Source of the DNA: Botryllus schlosseri
Lineage: Eukaryota
Assembly (NCBI GenBank): GCA_051294905.1
Contig: CM119384.1
Coordinates: forward strand, 17,608,001-17,672,000
Direction: 5' to 3'
DNA: 64,000 nt
Shown here: positions 1-12,900 of the stretch, in pieces
Numbering within the stretch: the stretch's first letter is position 1
Layout: each line of letters starts with the position of its first letter
Position numbers and translations under genes: made by a program
The notes under the pieces: model-generated
The model's database searches: none
Told to the model about the DNA's origin: nothing
What the model saw: only the letters and a program-made list of their open reading frames with translations

Positions 1-421
1 AGCCAGCGAATGATGCTAATTCAACCAATCAGTGAGATTGATATCGTTTTCTGATGAAAAAAATCTAGCAGGCGTACGGAGTCAATCTTGACTTCATATC
101 TTTACTGTATCATTAAAACCAAATCCGTGCGATTGAGGTGTTGGCTTTTGCTGTATTACTTGTTAATAGCGTAATATCGGTAGCAAGTAGCGAAATCCGT
201 TTTACACTCTGCTTAATAACAATGTAGCAATGTTCAGACGCTGAATACATTGGCCGGTCTGGCCTGGACCGTAAAGGCGTAAGCTTATATTCCCTGGTAA
301 ATCCTCGTATTATATCCGTTGATTGCCTCATTTGATACTTTTAGCGACGTTTAAAACGCCAATATGTACTTCAGCATTGTGGCATTATGTGGATGGAGTT
401 GTCGCTAGGTATCGTGTACAG

Positions 422-1776
422 CAGGGGTGGGCAATTATTTTCCTCCGCGGGCCAAATGAGAAGTAGAAAATACGTTGGCGGGCCGAGTGAAAATTTTTAG
501 CTATATTCTCCAGCGTATTTTAATTTCATTTCTAAATTACATTGTTAATATATGCTGCTCAGTGAATGTGTTCAGGTCAGGTAACGATATAGGGACGGTT
601 AATTAAAAAATATATATATTTGCCGTCATGATACGAAATAATGTTAAACATGATACATTTTAACTCTCTTTAAACCCCTATCCACGTTCTTCTATTAAGA
701 TTGCAAAACAGAGGTTCTCAAACTTATTTAGGCACGCCTCCTTTTATGATAGTGAAAATTTCGTGCCCCTTATCATAATATCACAAAATTTGAAAAAGTG
801 CAGTCAGAATGCTAGCAATCCCAACGGATAGTTTGATGACGTGGAAGTTTATGGCTGTTATTGAGTTAATTCTGAAATCTCAAAGTCGGACAATTACACA
901 GAGCAATATAACTGTAAGCTGGGGGTAAATCGCGCGAAGCGCGAAAAAAACACATTTAACTTCGGCTTCGCGCTCACTGCTGATGCTTTCGCGCCCCCCC
1001 CAGTTCGAGAACCCCTGCCCTGAATTGTATATGCAATAGAGTACGAAGCTTATTTCCTTGGTCGCTGCCTTCCTAGCAGTGTGCACTGTGCAGCTTTAGT
1101 AGCCTTGATGTTGAGCGAAGCTTGCAGTTTTTCTGAGCTCTTCCCTCCATTGACCGAGTGTTTCGTGTTTTTTGTCATAAAATAATTAAAATCCCTAATC
1201 TCGGCAACATGCTCTGCAAACATTAGAAGGAAGGTCTTACTCCTGACTCCAACAAACAAATATTTAGTGTTTTGTAGTCTAAACCTTCTTTTTAATTTCA
1301 GTTTGCTGGTTTCTTTTTTGGCATGCTCGTTAATCAATTATTGGCGATAGATATAACGAGTCATATAGTAATCGCGAGCACTGATTGACTTGTTTTACGA
1401 ATTAGGGATTTGCCAACGTATATCACGTAACAATTTGAAACACATGCCGTATAATGCGTAATGTGACAATGGCAACAAAGAAGGTTTGGATCAAACTACA
1501 GGGAAAGAGTGATTTCTTGTAACTCCAATTGCTACTCGTATTTTGCTATATTGCCTTTTTTTGAAATTTGGATTACGCATGCGAGGTACGTAGGCAGCGT
1601 AATCGTGGCACATTAATGAACAGGCTTCAAAGTAAACGAATTTCCTGTTAAGTTGATACAGCCTACGGTTTTATAGTCATTCAAAAATCAAAAAGCATGT
1701 TTTATGTCTTGAATTCCAAGCAACCTTTCGCGGGCCGCACAGAATGGCTTCGCGGGCCGCACTTTGCCCAGGTCTG
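422..1776. mobile_element. Non-autonomous hAT (Buster-type) element with a nested MITE at about 709-1017
   Basis: Ends caggggtgggcaa ... tttgcccaggtctg; perfect 8-bp TSD gtgtacag. The internal element has ends cagaggttctcaaac ... gttcgagaacccctg. Confidence 0.82.
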
Positions 1777-1920
1777 GTGTACAGTGTACTGTGTCACGTT
1801 AATAAAGGCGTCATGCCTTTGCACATGCCATGAGGTTCACGTTCGCGTTCACACAGAACCTTTAAAAAAGGTTCGAGTTCACGCGAACCTGAACCTTTCA
1901 GAGGTTCACACCATCCCTAA

Positions 1921-2782
1921 TAGTCACCGAAATACTTTAAATACGCATCCAAAATTACGATTTCACAATAGCGGTAGCGCAACCTTCAATACAAACTATT
2001 CCTATCACTCATTAGGGCATCGCAACATATCACTAAGACGCTTATATTTGCACACGATGTAGATAAAGTATCCTACTATTCTAAAAATGCATTCATTTTA
2101 TCACATCATTAAAGGTATAGTCACCGAAATACTTTAAATACGCATCCAAAATTACGATTTCACAATAGCGGTAGCGCAACCTTCAATACAAACTATTCCT
2201 ATCACTCATTAGGGCATCGCAATATATTACTAAGACGCTTATATTTGCACACGATGTAGATAAAGTATCCTACTATTCTAAAAATGCATTCATTTTATCA
2301 CATCATTAATGGTATAGTCAGCGAAATACTTTAAAATACGCATCCAAAACTACGATTCCACAATAGCGGCAACGCAACTTTCAATACAAACTATTCCTAT
2401 CACTCATTAGGGCATCGCAACATATCACTAAGACGCTTATATTTGCACACGATGTAGATAAAGTATCATACTATTCTAAAAATGCATTCATTTTATCACA
2501 TCATTAATGGTATAGTCAGCGAAATACTTTAAAATACGCATCCAAAACTACGATTCCACAATAGCGGCAACGCAACTTTCAATACAAAGTATTCCTATCA
2601 CTCATTAGGGCATCGCAACATATCACTAAGACGCTTATATTTGCACACGATGTAGTTAAAGTATCATACTATTCTAAAAATGCATTCATTTTATCACATC
2701 ATTAATGGAATAGTCAGCGAAATACTTTAAATACGCATCCAAAATTACGATTTCACAATAGCGGCAACGCAACCTTCAATAC
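1921..2782. repeat. Tandem repeat, 197-198-bp unit, about 4.4 copies
   Basis: Unit start tagtcaccgaaatactttaaatacgcatcc recurs at 1921, 2118, 2315, 2513 and 2711 with high identity. Confidence 0.93.
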
Positions 2783-3931
2783 TCGATTATCCCTAAGGAT
2801 CGTATCGCTGCAGCCTGTAGTATATTTTTGAATGCATTTTTTACTGAATAAAAACTGTTACTCTCAACACTAGCCTAAACCTAAACCCGAGCCCGAAAAC
2901 AATAATACCATACAAAGTAATACCAAGTAATAAGTGCCATACAAAGTAATACCAAGTAATAAGTGCTGAATTCACCGAGTGCCGTATAACTACACTTCAC
3001 TTTATTACTCATGCACTCGAAATATATAATTTTGTTTTGATTTGGTGGATTTCCATTAAAGTATGTAATTACCGTGATGAATATTTGGTACATCGACGAG
3101 CGAAACACTGCGTAGACAATGAATCAGCAGATTCGTATTTATGACGTGTTCATATTCCGGCGGCTTCACAGTAGTGCATATGCTTGCACTCCTGTAAGTG
3201 ATGACTGTAGTGGCTCGACCCGGCGGCTTCAGCCTATTATTTGAGAGGCCGAATCGGCACTGGAAGTTGTTGTCAGGCGTGCCCGGAATATTTCAGCAAA
3301 TATGCAAATAATTAACATAGAACACGATCATGTTAAACGCAACGTTATTGTAATGTAATCAAGTCTAGCCTGATGACCTGCAAAGACTTTGCCATGCATC
3401 ATCTGGAATACAGTCTGGATTGGAATTGCCGGATTGCAGGGGCCAGCGTCGGGCAGACTTTCGGATGTTTACCAGCCATGATGGAATGGCATTTGAACTT
3501 GACAGTTCACCTGTTAAAACTTGCGTTATCAAATGATATGGTCCAGTCCAAATTCAGTAACTACAAAACAACTTATATAATGTATGCCGTATTCAATCCA
3601 TCCATGTTATCGTAGTGCTGTTTCTTCGAATGCACGGGAAAAGAACTATTATTATTCACCCCTATTCTCGTAATGTAAAGATAGCGCATGTTGAAAACTC
3701 CAAACTATTTCTCATGCTTCAAATATCATGTTTCAATGATGATATAAAGCACGCCATGCAGAATGTGTTATGTATTTCATCTTTCATCTTCAAGCAAGAG
3801 TCGGCTATCATAATTACGCTGACGGAGTTGTGATGGACGTATCCGTCAGCTCGGATGTATAAAATTAATGATTGCCAACTAATTTTGCCATCACGATGTA
3901 CTGCAGTCGTATAATGTGCTTCTGCGAACAG

Positions 3932-4130
3932 ACGATTTGTTACTGGTGGATACGGAATCGCCAAAACGCGGATACCCGGGAGGAAATGTCACGTTGCCCT
4001 GCGAGTACACGCCGCCCGGCAAAGAGCAGCGCTATTTCTTGCAAGTGTACTGGTTCAAACGTTTGCCCGACAGGCGCGAGAGCGTTTTCAAAATCGTTCA
4101 CGTCTTTCAGAAATCTTTCGGAAAATACAG
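3932..4130 (+). CDS. Ig V-set domain 1, N-terminal half (strands A-C'')
   Basis: DDLLLVDTESPKRGYPGGNVTLPCEYTPPGKEQRYFLQVYWFKR...QKSFGKYR. Acceptor ttctgcgaacag (phase 1; alternative AG would start the exon at 3907), donor AG|gtgagg (phase 2). Confidence 0.85.
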
Positions 4131-4205
4131 GTGAGGTAACGATTTAGGGGACCAATGTCGAATGGCAATGAAACTAGTAATTCGACTATATCTTGCTAAC
4201 TGTAG

Positions 4206-4363
4206 AGATCGTGTAACCGTGTCGCCGAATCGCGGCAATGCGTCACTCACGATATCGAATTTAACAAGCGACGACGCCGGCAGATACTTTTGTGACGTAA
4301 GCATTGCTCTGAAACAAAATCGCGCCAAGGTGCAGCTTATAATCGAGAATGGAGCTGATTCGG
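4206..4363 (+). CDS. Ig V-set domain 1, C-terminal half
   Basis: RDRVTVSPNRGNASLTISNLTSDDAGRYFCDVSIALKQNRAKVQLII contains the V-set D-x-G-x-Y-x-C motif. 75-nt intron upstream; donor G|gtgaga. Confidence 0.9.
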
Positions 4364-4432
4364 GTGAGACCATCCTGTCATGCTGAGCTTATCGCTTCAA
4401 TGTAGTATTGTTAATCAACTTTTGCGTTACAG

Positions 4433-4485
4433 CCGATGGAGGCGTCGGTAGAGATGTTACAACTGTAAGAGTTACCAGAACAGAG
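4433..4485 (+). CDS. Short linker exon
   Basis: ttacag|CC GAT GGA...ACA GAG|gtgagt encodes ADGGVGRDVTTVRVTRTE; phase 1 to 0 fits both neighbours. Confidence 0.75.
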
Positions 4486-4724
4486 GTGAGTTCCCTACTT
4501 TCTCAGGGAGCTACGTTTTTAGAATACTTAAAATTCTGCTTAAACCGTTGTCTCAATCAAAACCACTTTTTTGTATTTTGAACAGTGACATTATTAGTTT
4601 TGGGATAAGTTTGGATCACTTACATTACATACATGTTAAATCGTCGTTAGAACCACTTGAAATAGCAATCACAGTAAATGTTGCATATATGATCGAGAAA
4701 TGAACACATTCGTTGTGTCATTAG

Positions 4725-5291
4725 TAGGGCAAGTTTTTGTTGCAGTCAAATCCGTGGAAAGTTGCGGTTATTTTTCACAAAAGTTGCAGTAAAAAGTTAC
4801 ATTCATTTTTCACAAAAGTGGCACTAAAAGGATGCATTTCTGGACAGGTTGCTTGAAATTATTAGGGTATGTGATATTCGAATCGATCCGTATGCAAGGC
4901 ACTGTAGCAAAACTCAGTGTTGGCGACTTCAACAAAATCAATAGCCTGAATGAATTGACCCAGCGAAAATATAATTTGCGGCGGTCTAGCCTGAATGTAC
5001 GTCAAATGAGTAAGGACCTGAAATTTAAACGACAGTGAAATAATCAAGCAATCTATTTCCATATAGTGCCAAATATTTCCTGTAAAAAGTTAGTTGCATG
5101 AAAATTTGGAAAAGGTTGCCAAAAGTTGCTTGAGAAGTCGAAAAAATTGTAAAAAGTTGCATGGACAAATGGATAAAAGTTGCAGAAAGTTCCTCCAAGC
5201 AGCTTAAAAAACCATATACATAACTTCTGAGTATTTAGGAAGCTGCCAGAATCTCTTAAAAAAGTTGCAAAAGCTGCAAAATCTTGCCCTA
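4725..5291. mobile_element. hAT-type MITE with aaaagttgc subterminal repeats
   Basis: TIR tagggcaag ... cttgcccta; perfect 8-bp TSD gtcattag. Confidence 0.85.
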
Positions 5292-5545
5292 GTCATTAGT
5301 CGATTGTGCTAGTCACCAAGATGTAGCTTGGAATTTTGAAAGTAGCCCCCGCCGATTTGCCAACAAGAGTATTCAAACCCCAATTCCAATCCACGTTTCT
5401 AAACTACTTACTTAAAATACCACTTAAATACTTTTGAGACCTTCATTTTTACTTCTACCCGAAGCCGTGTTGTCATGTCTTGAAAATCGCCATTCTACTT
5501 GTAATTGAGTATCAATTGACGGCGTTCCTGATACTTCTACTTGAG

Positions 5546-5701
5546 CAGGAGTGGGCAAAATTTTTCTCCGCGGGCAAAATGAGTTCCATAAAATACATTG
5601 GCGGGCCGAGTCAAAATCTTTAGCTATATTCTCCAGCATATTAATTTTATTTCTAAATTGAGAGCTAGGTGAAGTACAGGGCCGCACTTTGCTCAGGTCT
5701 G
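5546..5701. mobile_element. Internally deleted copy of the 422-1776 hAT MITE family
   Basis: Both ends match the 422-1776 element; TSD tacttgag/tgcttgag. Confidence 0.8.
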
Positions 5702-6550
5702 TGCTTGAGTATCTACGCTGATCACGTTAATAGTATTTGGTCCTATTCATTGAATCCTTGACTGATAACGACAATGCTGTACTATGTGGTGCGTTGTGGG
5801 TGACCAACATAGTGCGGACGAAAATCGTAAATAATTGTCACTTTTTTGACGTGGAATAATTCAAATAAACCTAATAGCATTCACAATAACCTTGTCTCCC
5901 ATCAGCCGTAGTCAATTAAAATTTGAGCACTATAATTATTACCTAATCAAAGGTCTGATTCAAAAGCGGGTGTAGTAGCAGGCATACATTGCATCAGCCA
6001 GTCTGAGTCTGCGACACTGGGGGAAAATGATGCAAGATTGACTTCGTGAATTCTTTCTCTGAACAATCATCATGTTTTCGTAATAATTGTTCGATTATCA
6101 CGAGGCGCTAATATACTAATACCATCATTACAGACCCACATTTGTAAGTTACTGTAACGGAGATTTTTCTTGTAAGAATTCTTGAAGTATGGGTTGCAAA
6201 GAGTCCTCACGGCACCAGAACGATCTGGTAATATGTATGTAATATTTGATGAATTTCGTACAAAAAATGAGACACTTGATGGCATAATCCTGCAGCCTAC
6301 TTGTTGTATCAAACTTTAACAAAATATTGTTAAGTGTCTTAATTTTCTTTATTTATAACAATTTTCGGTTGCTTTGTGCGGATGAAATTATTTTTGCATA
6401 AAAAGTGCGCATGATGCCCAAAAAGGTTGAAAAGCACTGGGCTGGACACCCCCGACATATGGGTTAGGCTTCCACATCGATGCATGAACAAACATTTATA
6501 TAACTCAATATTATACTATGATCAGGTTGATTGTATTTCTGTTTCTGAAG

Positions 6551-6683
6551 ACTACAGGCGGAGAGGCACTCACAACATCCATACCAACAACTGCAATTGA
6601 ATCATACTCGAACGCAACAACAGCAGCTGCAGAAACTGGCGAACTCGAAATATCCACCAATACGATTGCTGTCTTGCCCAGAA
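6551..6683 (+). CDS. Thr/Ala-rich linker exon
   Basis: tttctgaag|ACT ACA GGC...CCC AGA A|gtatgt encodes TTGGEALTTSIPTTAIESYSNATTAAAETGELEISTNTIAVLPR; phase 0 to 1. Confidence 0.75.
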
Positions 6684-7187
6684 GTATGTGCTCTTAACAG
6701 TTAATGATTTTGAACATTTCCAAGTTTAATTCAATGTTGTCTTAATTGTATAATGTATATGGTATAATTATTATATACTTGAACTTTCTTGTTGAATTTG
6801 TGTCAACACCTGCTAGTGTCTATTGCGGGGGATAACTGAGGGATTATATTCTTTCGTGATAGATTTTATAATTTAGTGAATTGGTGGCCGTAAATTCATG
6901 TTAGGACGTCATAACTCGCCATGTTTTATATCCGAATATATCCATTAGATTGAATCCCTTTTTTGAGATAACATTCTAAATATGAAGATGTGCGCTCGAC
7001 TCAACTCGATTTTCTATCATGAATCAGTGATCAACCAATTGATGCAAAACAGTGGTAAGTTATGTCCGTTTCAAAAATACATTCATAAAATGGCGTCGTA
7101 ATTCCACGATGACCTCACAATTCGTTAAAATTAGGGATGCGTGTAGGTAATAGACTAATAGCCCATGACTTTTTGTACTAGTGTATT

Positions 7188-7290
7188 AGAACAGCTTCTT
7201 GGAGGTACAGAACTTCCATATACAATTGAATAGTATATTCATATTGAAATGAACTCGAATATTTTCTGCTCACACTCGTCAGGGGTAATC
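7188..7290. repeat. About 100-bp dispersed repeat, second copy at about 9152-9260
   Basis: agcttc..ggaggtacagaacttc..tata..attg.atag..tatattcatatt.aaatgaa..cgaatatttt...gtcaggg is shared by both copies, which flank exon 8583-8763. Confidence 0.55.
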
Positions 7291-7549
7291 ATCAGCAACT
7301 AGTAGAGAATTCAGAAGAACATCGTATATGAACAATCGTATCACAAAATATGACGTCACCAGCATGAAATGTCGAATACCAGAGAGTTCAATGTACTATT
7401 TTTAGATGATAAACGAACTCTTTTTTTGACACTAGTGTATTAGTTAAAAAATTATATTTTCTATCATGAATCAATTTGGAAATGCGGAATTTATATACAG
7501 TCAAAAATGCATCCATAAATTGATGTCTGAGCCACAGGATGACATAGCA

Positions 7550-8377
7550 CAGGGGTGGCCAAACTACGGCCCGCAACATCGTTTGTACGGCCCGCGAAAA
7601 CCTCAAGAAACGTTATAAAATATTTATAAAATGCCTACTAAAAATCAAATTACTGCGGGTGCTTGATTAAACTTTTTCTTTATATATTTCAACATGATAA
7701 TAAGTTGTGTTCTTACCATACTATTTTTTTTATTTCATTGATGACACGATAGCCCGACATCGAGGCCCATGCATTTTGAAAGGTTTCAATTGCCAAATGT
7801 CAAATAAAGTGAAACGTAAATGACTTCATTCGGACCACGAGTGTGATTTTAGATTTGCAGCACGAGCAAGTTTATATCTTTTAGTGCTGTACTTGGAAAA
7901 ACCCATTCGCGAGTGTGGTAGATAGATTCGTTCTTTGTATGTGTAGAAGTATGTAAGTTTGTAATATTTATATACTGTAGAAGCGTATTTCAAGGTAATA
8001 TGGTTATGATGCTATCAGCATTGTGTGTCCAGGAGTTAAACAAAAAGTACAATCAGCAAATCTATCAACAGATCTCTGCTCTCAGAGTCAAATTTACATC
8101 CAGTTCTAAAAATCGGGTTAACCAACTTTCATCCCTAATTTTGACGACCGCCCTATAAATTTTCGTCAATGTTTCTGAAACGTGTACGTTATCATCAAAT
8201 CCATGTATGGTTTGTTTCAAATATACAAATACATATAAGGTATTTCCATGTAGTCGGTCACTTTATAATCACATAACAATATCAATTGTGGCCTAATATC
8301 CCAATTTTAGATGGTGCGGTCCGTGAATGGATTCAAATGTTGAATGCGGCCCGCGAGCTAAAGATTTTGCCCCCCTG
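7550..8377. mobile_element. Non-autonomous hAT (Buster-type) MITE
   Basis: Ends caggggtggccaaa ... ttttgccccccctg, ggcccgc subterminal motifs; TSD acatagca/acgtagca. Confidence 0.82.
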
Positions 8378-8582
8378 ACGTAGCAATTCATTATAATTAG
8401 GAATAATTGAGAGCCTCTGGTCTCCATGCTAAACAACAAAACTAATAAATTTCTTTCACAAGTGTAATTGATGCACGATCACATGATCTTACTCTCAGAG
8501 CTTCGTCATGATATAACTATATTCTCAAGTGGAATGTCATTTCTCTCATGAACATAACACATAAGCGTGAATAATTTTATAG

Positions 8583-8763
8583 AAGACCGCAAGGGCAAGC
8601 AAGCAAAGATCGTGGGAACGGTGGGTGGGTCAGTGTTGCTGCCATGCGTGTACAAGAAAAAGTATGGCAATTTGCAAGTTCGTTGGCTGAAGAAGAAGGG
8701 AAAGAAAACCGAAAAAATTCTCACTCGAGAACCAATATCTATTGAATCTTACGGATCTTTCAG
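8583..8763 (+). CDS. Ig V-set domain 2, N-terminal half
   Basis: KIVGTVGGSVLLPCVYKKKYGNLQVRWLKKKG...IESYGSFR; ttttatag acceptor, AG|gtaaca donor (phase 2). Confidence 0.9.
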
Positions 8764-10285
8764 GTAACAAACTAGATTATTCAGAGTTTTGTGAAGGCCT
8801 GACTGTAACTCGAGATTATCTGTAGTGTTCATCTAGAATTAGTCCACTATGATTTTATCAATAGCAAAATAGATGCTGAAATGTGATCTTATGGCATCTA
8901 TCTGTATTTAAAACACCATTTATTGACTGTGAATATGCAATTATGATACCGTATATCTGACTACATTTGTGGGAGTTTCGGTCTCACTATTGAACTGTTG
9001 TGCTCTGTTGTTGCGTAATTGAACGAACTGTTACTGATATAGCGATGATGGTATGAAATTATCTCGAGGAAAAGCATAAGTTATAAATTTATTCTTTTAC
9101 CTAGCTGTGACAAGATAATGTTGATATAGTTTCTCTAACATGGAAATATTTGAAGAGCTTCATTGGCGGTACAGAACTTCAATATATAATTGTATAGCAG
9201 CCTATATTCATATTAAAATGAATGCGAATATTTTCGGCTGACACTTGTCAGGGGAAATCGTAATCGACATTTGTTTTTACGTCACAATACAACACTGCAC
9301 AACTTTATAGTTACGATTTTTCGCACCCAACGATTTGCATTCTAGATAGGGCCGTAACTGCTGCACACTGCATCCCCCAATTGGGTGGGTGCGAGCTCGG
9401 AGGGGGCACAAATTATTCCGTGGTTCAAACTAAATTATAGAGTAATTTTGACAAATTGAATTATCTTAAAAATTTACTTTGCGCTTCTCGATTTCATGTT
9501 GCATGTCTTGATTTTATTATGCATACCCCTCGCCTTCAAGAAAATAATATGCATAATTTAAAGAAATATACACTTCGGTGCCGGCGATTACCGCGTCACG
9601 AAATACCAAGACATATGCAGTGCCGGCCAACATGCGACTTCACGAACTGTGCTACCAAAGAGAGAGAGACATAGACCGAAACTTTCTCTGCATTGTTTAT
9701 GTCTCATGCCCATTACCATAGCCACGCTGACGAATAGTCCTGTCCTCCGAATCTGAGCCCCAAGTACAAATGCCGCCCTGGGTAATCACATACGAAATTG
9801 ATGTGCTTGTGAAGAAATTAGAATTTGTGTATCTTTTGACTATATATCTTTTGACTATATAGCAGACGGGAGGTCACCTATTATCAACATTAAACAAAGT
9901 AAGAATAACAACGGGCCCGCCTGGATATGTTACACTTTCACTGCGACTCCATATCATATCAAACGTGTCTTCCAGTTGTTGTGAAAAAATCCGTCGTAAA
10001 ATGGGGGGACACATGATTATGGGGGCCAAACACCAACGTTTGGGAGCAGACGAAGTGCTGTCTCGGTCGTGATTCTATCTACAACCCACGTTAACATGGT
10101 GTATAAGCGTGTGGCTATGGCAGCAGATCAAAATGTTGAGTAAAGAATTGTGAAATAGCGATTGGTGCCTATTTCAAATAGGGCCGTATGAAAAAAGGAT
10201 AAATCGAACATAAATTCTGCATCATGAATAATGTTTCTCGCAGTTGAACAATGAGTATATGCATGCCTATTGCGTACACTCCAAT

Positions 10286-11820
10286 CGGGCGCGTAGACGG
10301 GGGTTATGCGAGTAGAACCCCCGTTTGAAAGGCAAAACCCCCGTCCTTTAGAAGTGACCATTCTGACGCTAATATTCAGTTGCAATTCACTAAGTCGTAT
10401 TGTCGGTATTGCGCGCGGTCAATCAGCGAGTTGCGTGTTGCCAATTAGCGAGTTTCGTCTGTACACAATGTAACGAGGCGCGATCTCCGGCAATCAGGTC
10501 ATTAATTGCCTTGCGCTCGGCAATCATCGCTGGCCTGATTTATCGCGTCTCAACAAGCCTAGTTCCGCTGGCTTGAAGAATCGCAACAGCAATAGGCCCG
10601 ATGCGCACGATACCATCACTGGCCTTCACAGTCGCATCTGCACCAATAGGCCTGGTACGTAAGATGTCATCGATGGCCTAACTATCGCGTTTCGGGCCTA
10701 GCATGCTTTGACTAATATCTCTCGATGGCTTGGAGACAATAGCGTTACGGGTATGGTGATTTACTGATTAGCGATTGTGATTTTAAAGAGTGCCATCGCG
10801 AAACTGAATGACATCGAATGCCCGCAAACATGTGTGACTGTGCTAGAGGTCGACCGATTATCGAGATGGCCGATTATCGAGGCCGATATTTAGAGCTTGC
10901 CCGATTATCGATATCGGTCTATGAAGGCCGATATCGCGGCCAATATTTTATATTTAAAAGATGATAAAAATACTGGAAATTCAATGCCCCGTGTTTCAAT
11001 CTCAGGAACTTGACGACGCAAAGGATAATATATGACAGATTTACCATTGTAGGGCGAGTTTAATTTGGTGAGCATGCAGAGAAACTTTGCTTCCTGCATT
11101 ACAATCTTCCTTTTCTGAACTGATCAGCAATTCTATATCGTGTTTTGATTTTCGTGTTATCCCAAATTTCAACGAATGTTCACAATTAAGCAATAAGTCT
11201 TTTCAATTTCAGTTTTCTCGTTTGTTGTTCAGCTTTCTGTGGCATGAACCAGTGCCATCTTGCCTAATATATAATATTTTTGGCGAAATTGTCCTCTGCT
11301 CCTTCCATATTAATATCGGCCTATGATATCGGTTATCGGCCTTGTGAGTGTCTAAATATCGGTATCGGTATCGGCCTGTAAAAATCAATATCGGTCGACC
11401 TCTAGACTGTGCGTGCGTACGTGCATAAATGATTTCGGTTTATACTTGAACATAACCACCAGAAGATGTATGTGAAGGCTTGATCTATTAAAGATGAGAG
11501 AGGTTTGAACCACTTGAAATCGGTGCCATTAAAGAACAGGCTCCACAACAACGCGAGCATTTTGACTACGTAATACACGTTGATAAGCACTTGTATTTAA
11601 GCGGTCACGAGAGATCAGAGACTCCATAAGTGACAGCTCTTTCGGACTAGTTGGCAAGCTTATCAAACGCGTAAGTTCGTCAACACGAGGAGATTGTATA
11701 ATCGTCATTCACGCATATATTTAACCCTAGTGAATTGATGTTATATTAGTATATTCGAAAAAATCGAATCCTCCCTTTTATTTCAAACGCTGACTTATTT
11801 TTTGGCCGGCTACGGGCCTG
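10286..11820. mobile_element. TIR element, copy 1 of the family also at 53648-54651, interrupted by a nested MITE
   Basis: Ends cgggcgcgtag ... ctacgggcctg. Internal blocks (ctaatattcagttgcaattc, catcgctggcc, gacaagcttatcaaacg) are collinear with 53648-54651. TSD not clean. Confidence 0.75.
10844..11404. mobile_element. hAT-type MITE with ccgatat/atcgg subterminal arrays, nested in the 10286-11820 element
   Basis: Perfect 15-bp TIR tagaggtcgaccgat / atcggtcgacctcta; perfect 8-bp TSD gactgtgc. Confidence 0.9.
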
Positions 11821-12379
11821 CTCCACTTAATACATATATTGCAAACTTCCTTCACTCGTAACGGCAAAGAACAGCTCGGCGAAACTTGTGTCAGTAGAGG
11901 TTGTTTTCTAATACTTTGAAGTGTAAATCGTAATGTTTCATTTGACAAGTACTAATTATCTAATCTTCGTCCGGTGTACCTGTACGTGCGTCGTACTGGG
12001 CATGAACCTACACCTTGCGAAGCAGCAATGTTCAATGTGCTTTCAACTAGGCATAACCAACGATCAATGCGAACGTTACTATTTGCAAATAGGTAGAGAT
12101 GTGATTATTAACATGCGGTGAGTTAACGGGGCTTGGACTGATATCCTGATATACGGCATGCCGGTATTTCTTACAATCCTATTTACTGTGTGGATAATTC
12201 GTTATGCAATGACGACCAAAGGTAATGCTAATGGCGTAATAATGAGCAGTGGCGTTTCAATATATGACGTTTCTACTATCATTACCAGATATTATATGAC
12301 ACTCTTCCTAGTTTACTAATGTTCTGTTTTAGTCATTTTACAAGTAAAAAGTAACCGTTCTTTCGCAAAGAAATCGATT

Positions 12380-12900
12380 CACTGTTCAACACAATTTTTG
12401 TTGACTTTAATCAGTTAATTGATTTCGACTAACTTTTGGGCTCTGAATTCAAAAATGACTTCCGTTTTTCTCTGTCACGTCAGGTTTTTGCGTTATGCAC
12501 CCACCCCATTGTCTCATAACCCACATAAAAGTACTACTTTTAATATTTTATGTTTATTGTATAACACGTTTCAAAAACCAAAATAAGTCGAAAGCAAATC
12601 AATAGACTTCAAATAAACATTTGTACTGCTTTATTTGGTGGATTCGAACTGATATTGCTTCTACAAGACAAATAAAGTGCGAGCTTCGTGGTCCAAATTT
12701 ACGTAAATAACTCATAATTCTGTGGGTTGTCTCGATTGATATTCGAGCAATAGTCAGCTAACATATGCGAGCTCTGCTACTCAGGTATCTCACCCCATCA
12801 TCTTCATATATTGGAGGATGCTTTCTCCTTGCCTATCGCTGACCATCCCAAGGTTTTCCGGAAAATTATCGAGATATTTTAGCTTGTTTGAATGTCTGCT
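12380..12900 (-). mobile_element. Decayed DNA-transposon 3' end with transposase remnant, probably Chapaev/CMC-like
   Basis: Minus strand at about 12880-12730 reads YLDNFPENLGMVSDRQGE...(stop/frameshift)...HMLADYC, matching the FPENLGxVSDEQGERFHQ...MLADYCW transposase motif I recall. Terminus begins cactg at 12380. Superfamily assignment is from memory. Confidence 0.6.

Noticed and set aside
123-215. Hydrophobic stretch IRAIEVLAFAVLLVNSVISVASSE resembling a signal peptide
   Set aside because: An in-frame TAA at 114-116 precedes it with no ATG, and there is no convincing phase-1 donor, so it cannot be supported as the first exon.
238-409. Possible small exons (238-278 and 345-409) with AG/GT boundaries
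   Set aside because: The translations show no recognisable domain or signal peptide, and the splice signals could be chance.
1697-2062. 121-aa ORF
   Set aside because: It spans a MITE end, the hairpin and the first tandem-repeat unit, with no protein signal.
3780-3860. YHNYADGVVMDV-like peptide checked as a possible Link-module remnant (GVVFHY)
   Set aside because: No Link cysteine pattern or flanking consensus, and it cannot be spliced in frame to V1.
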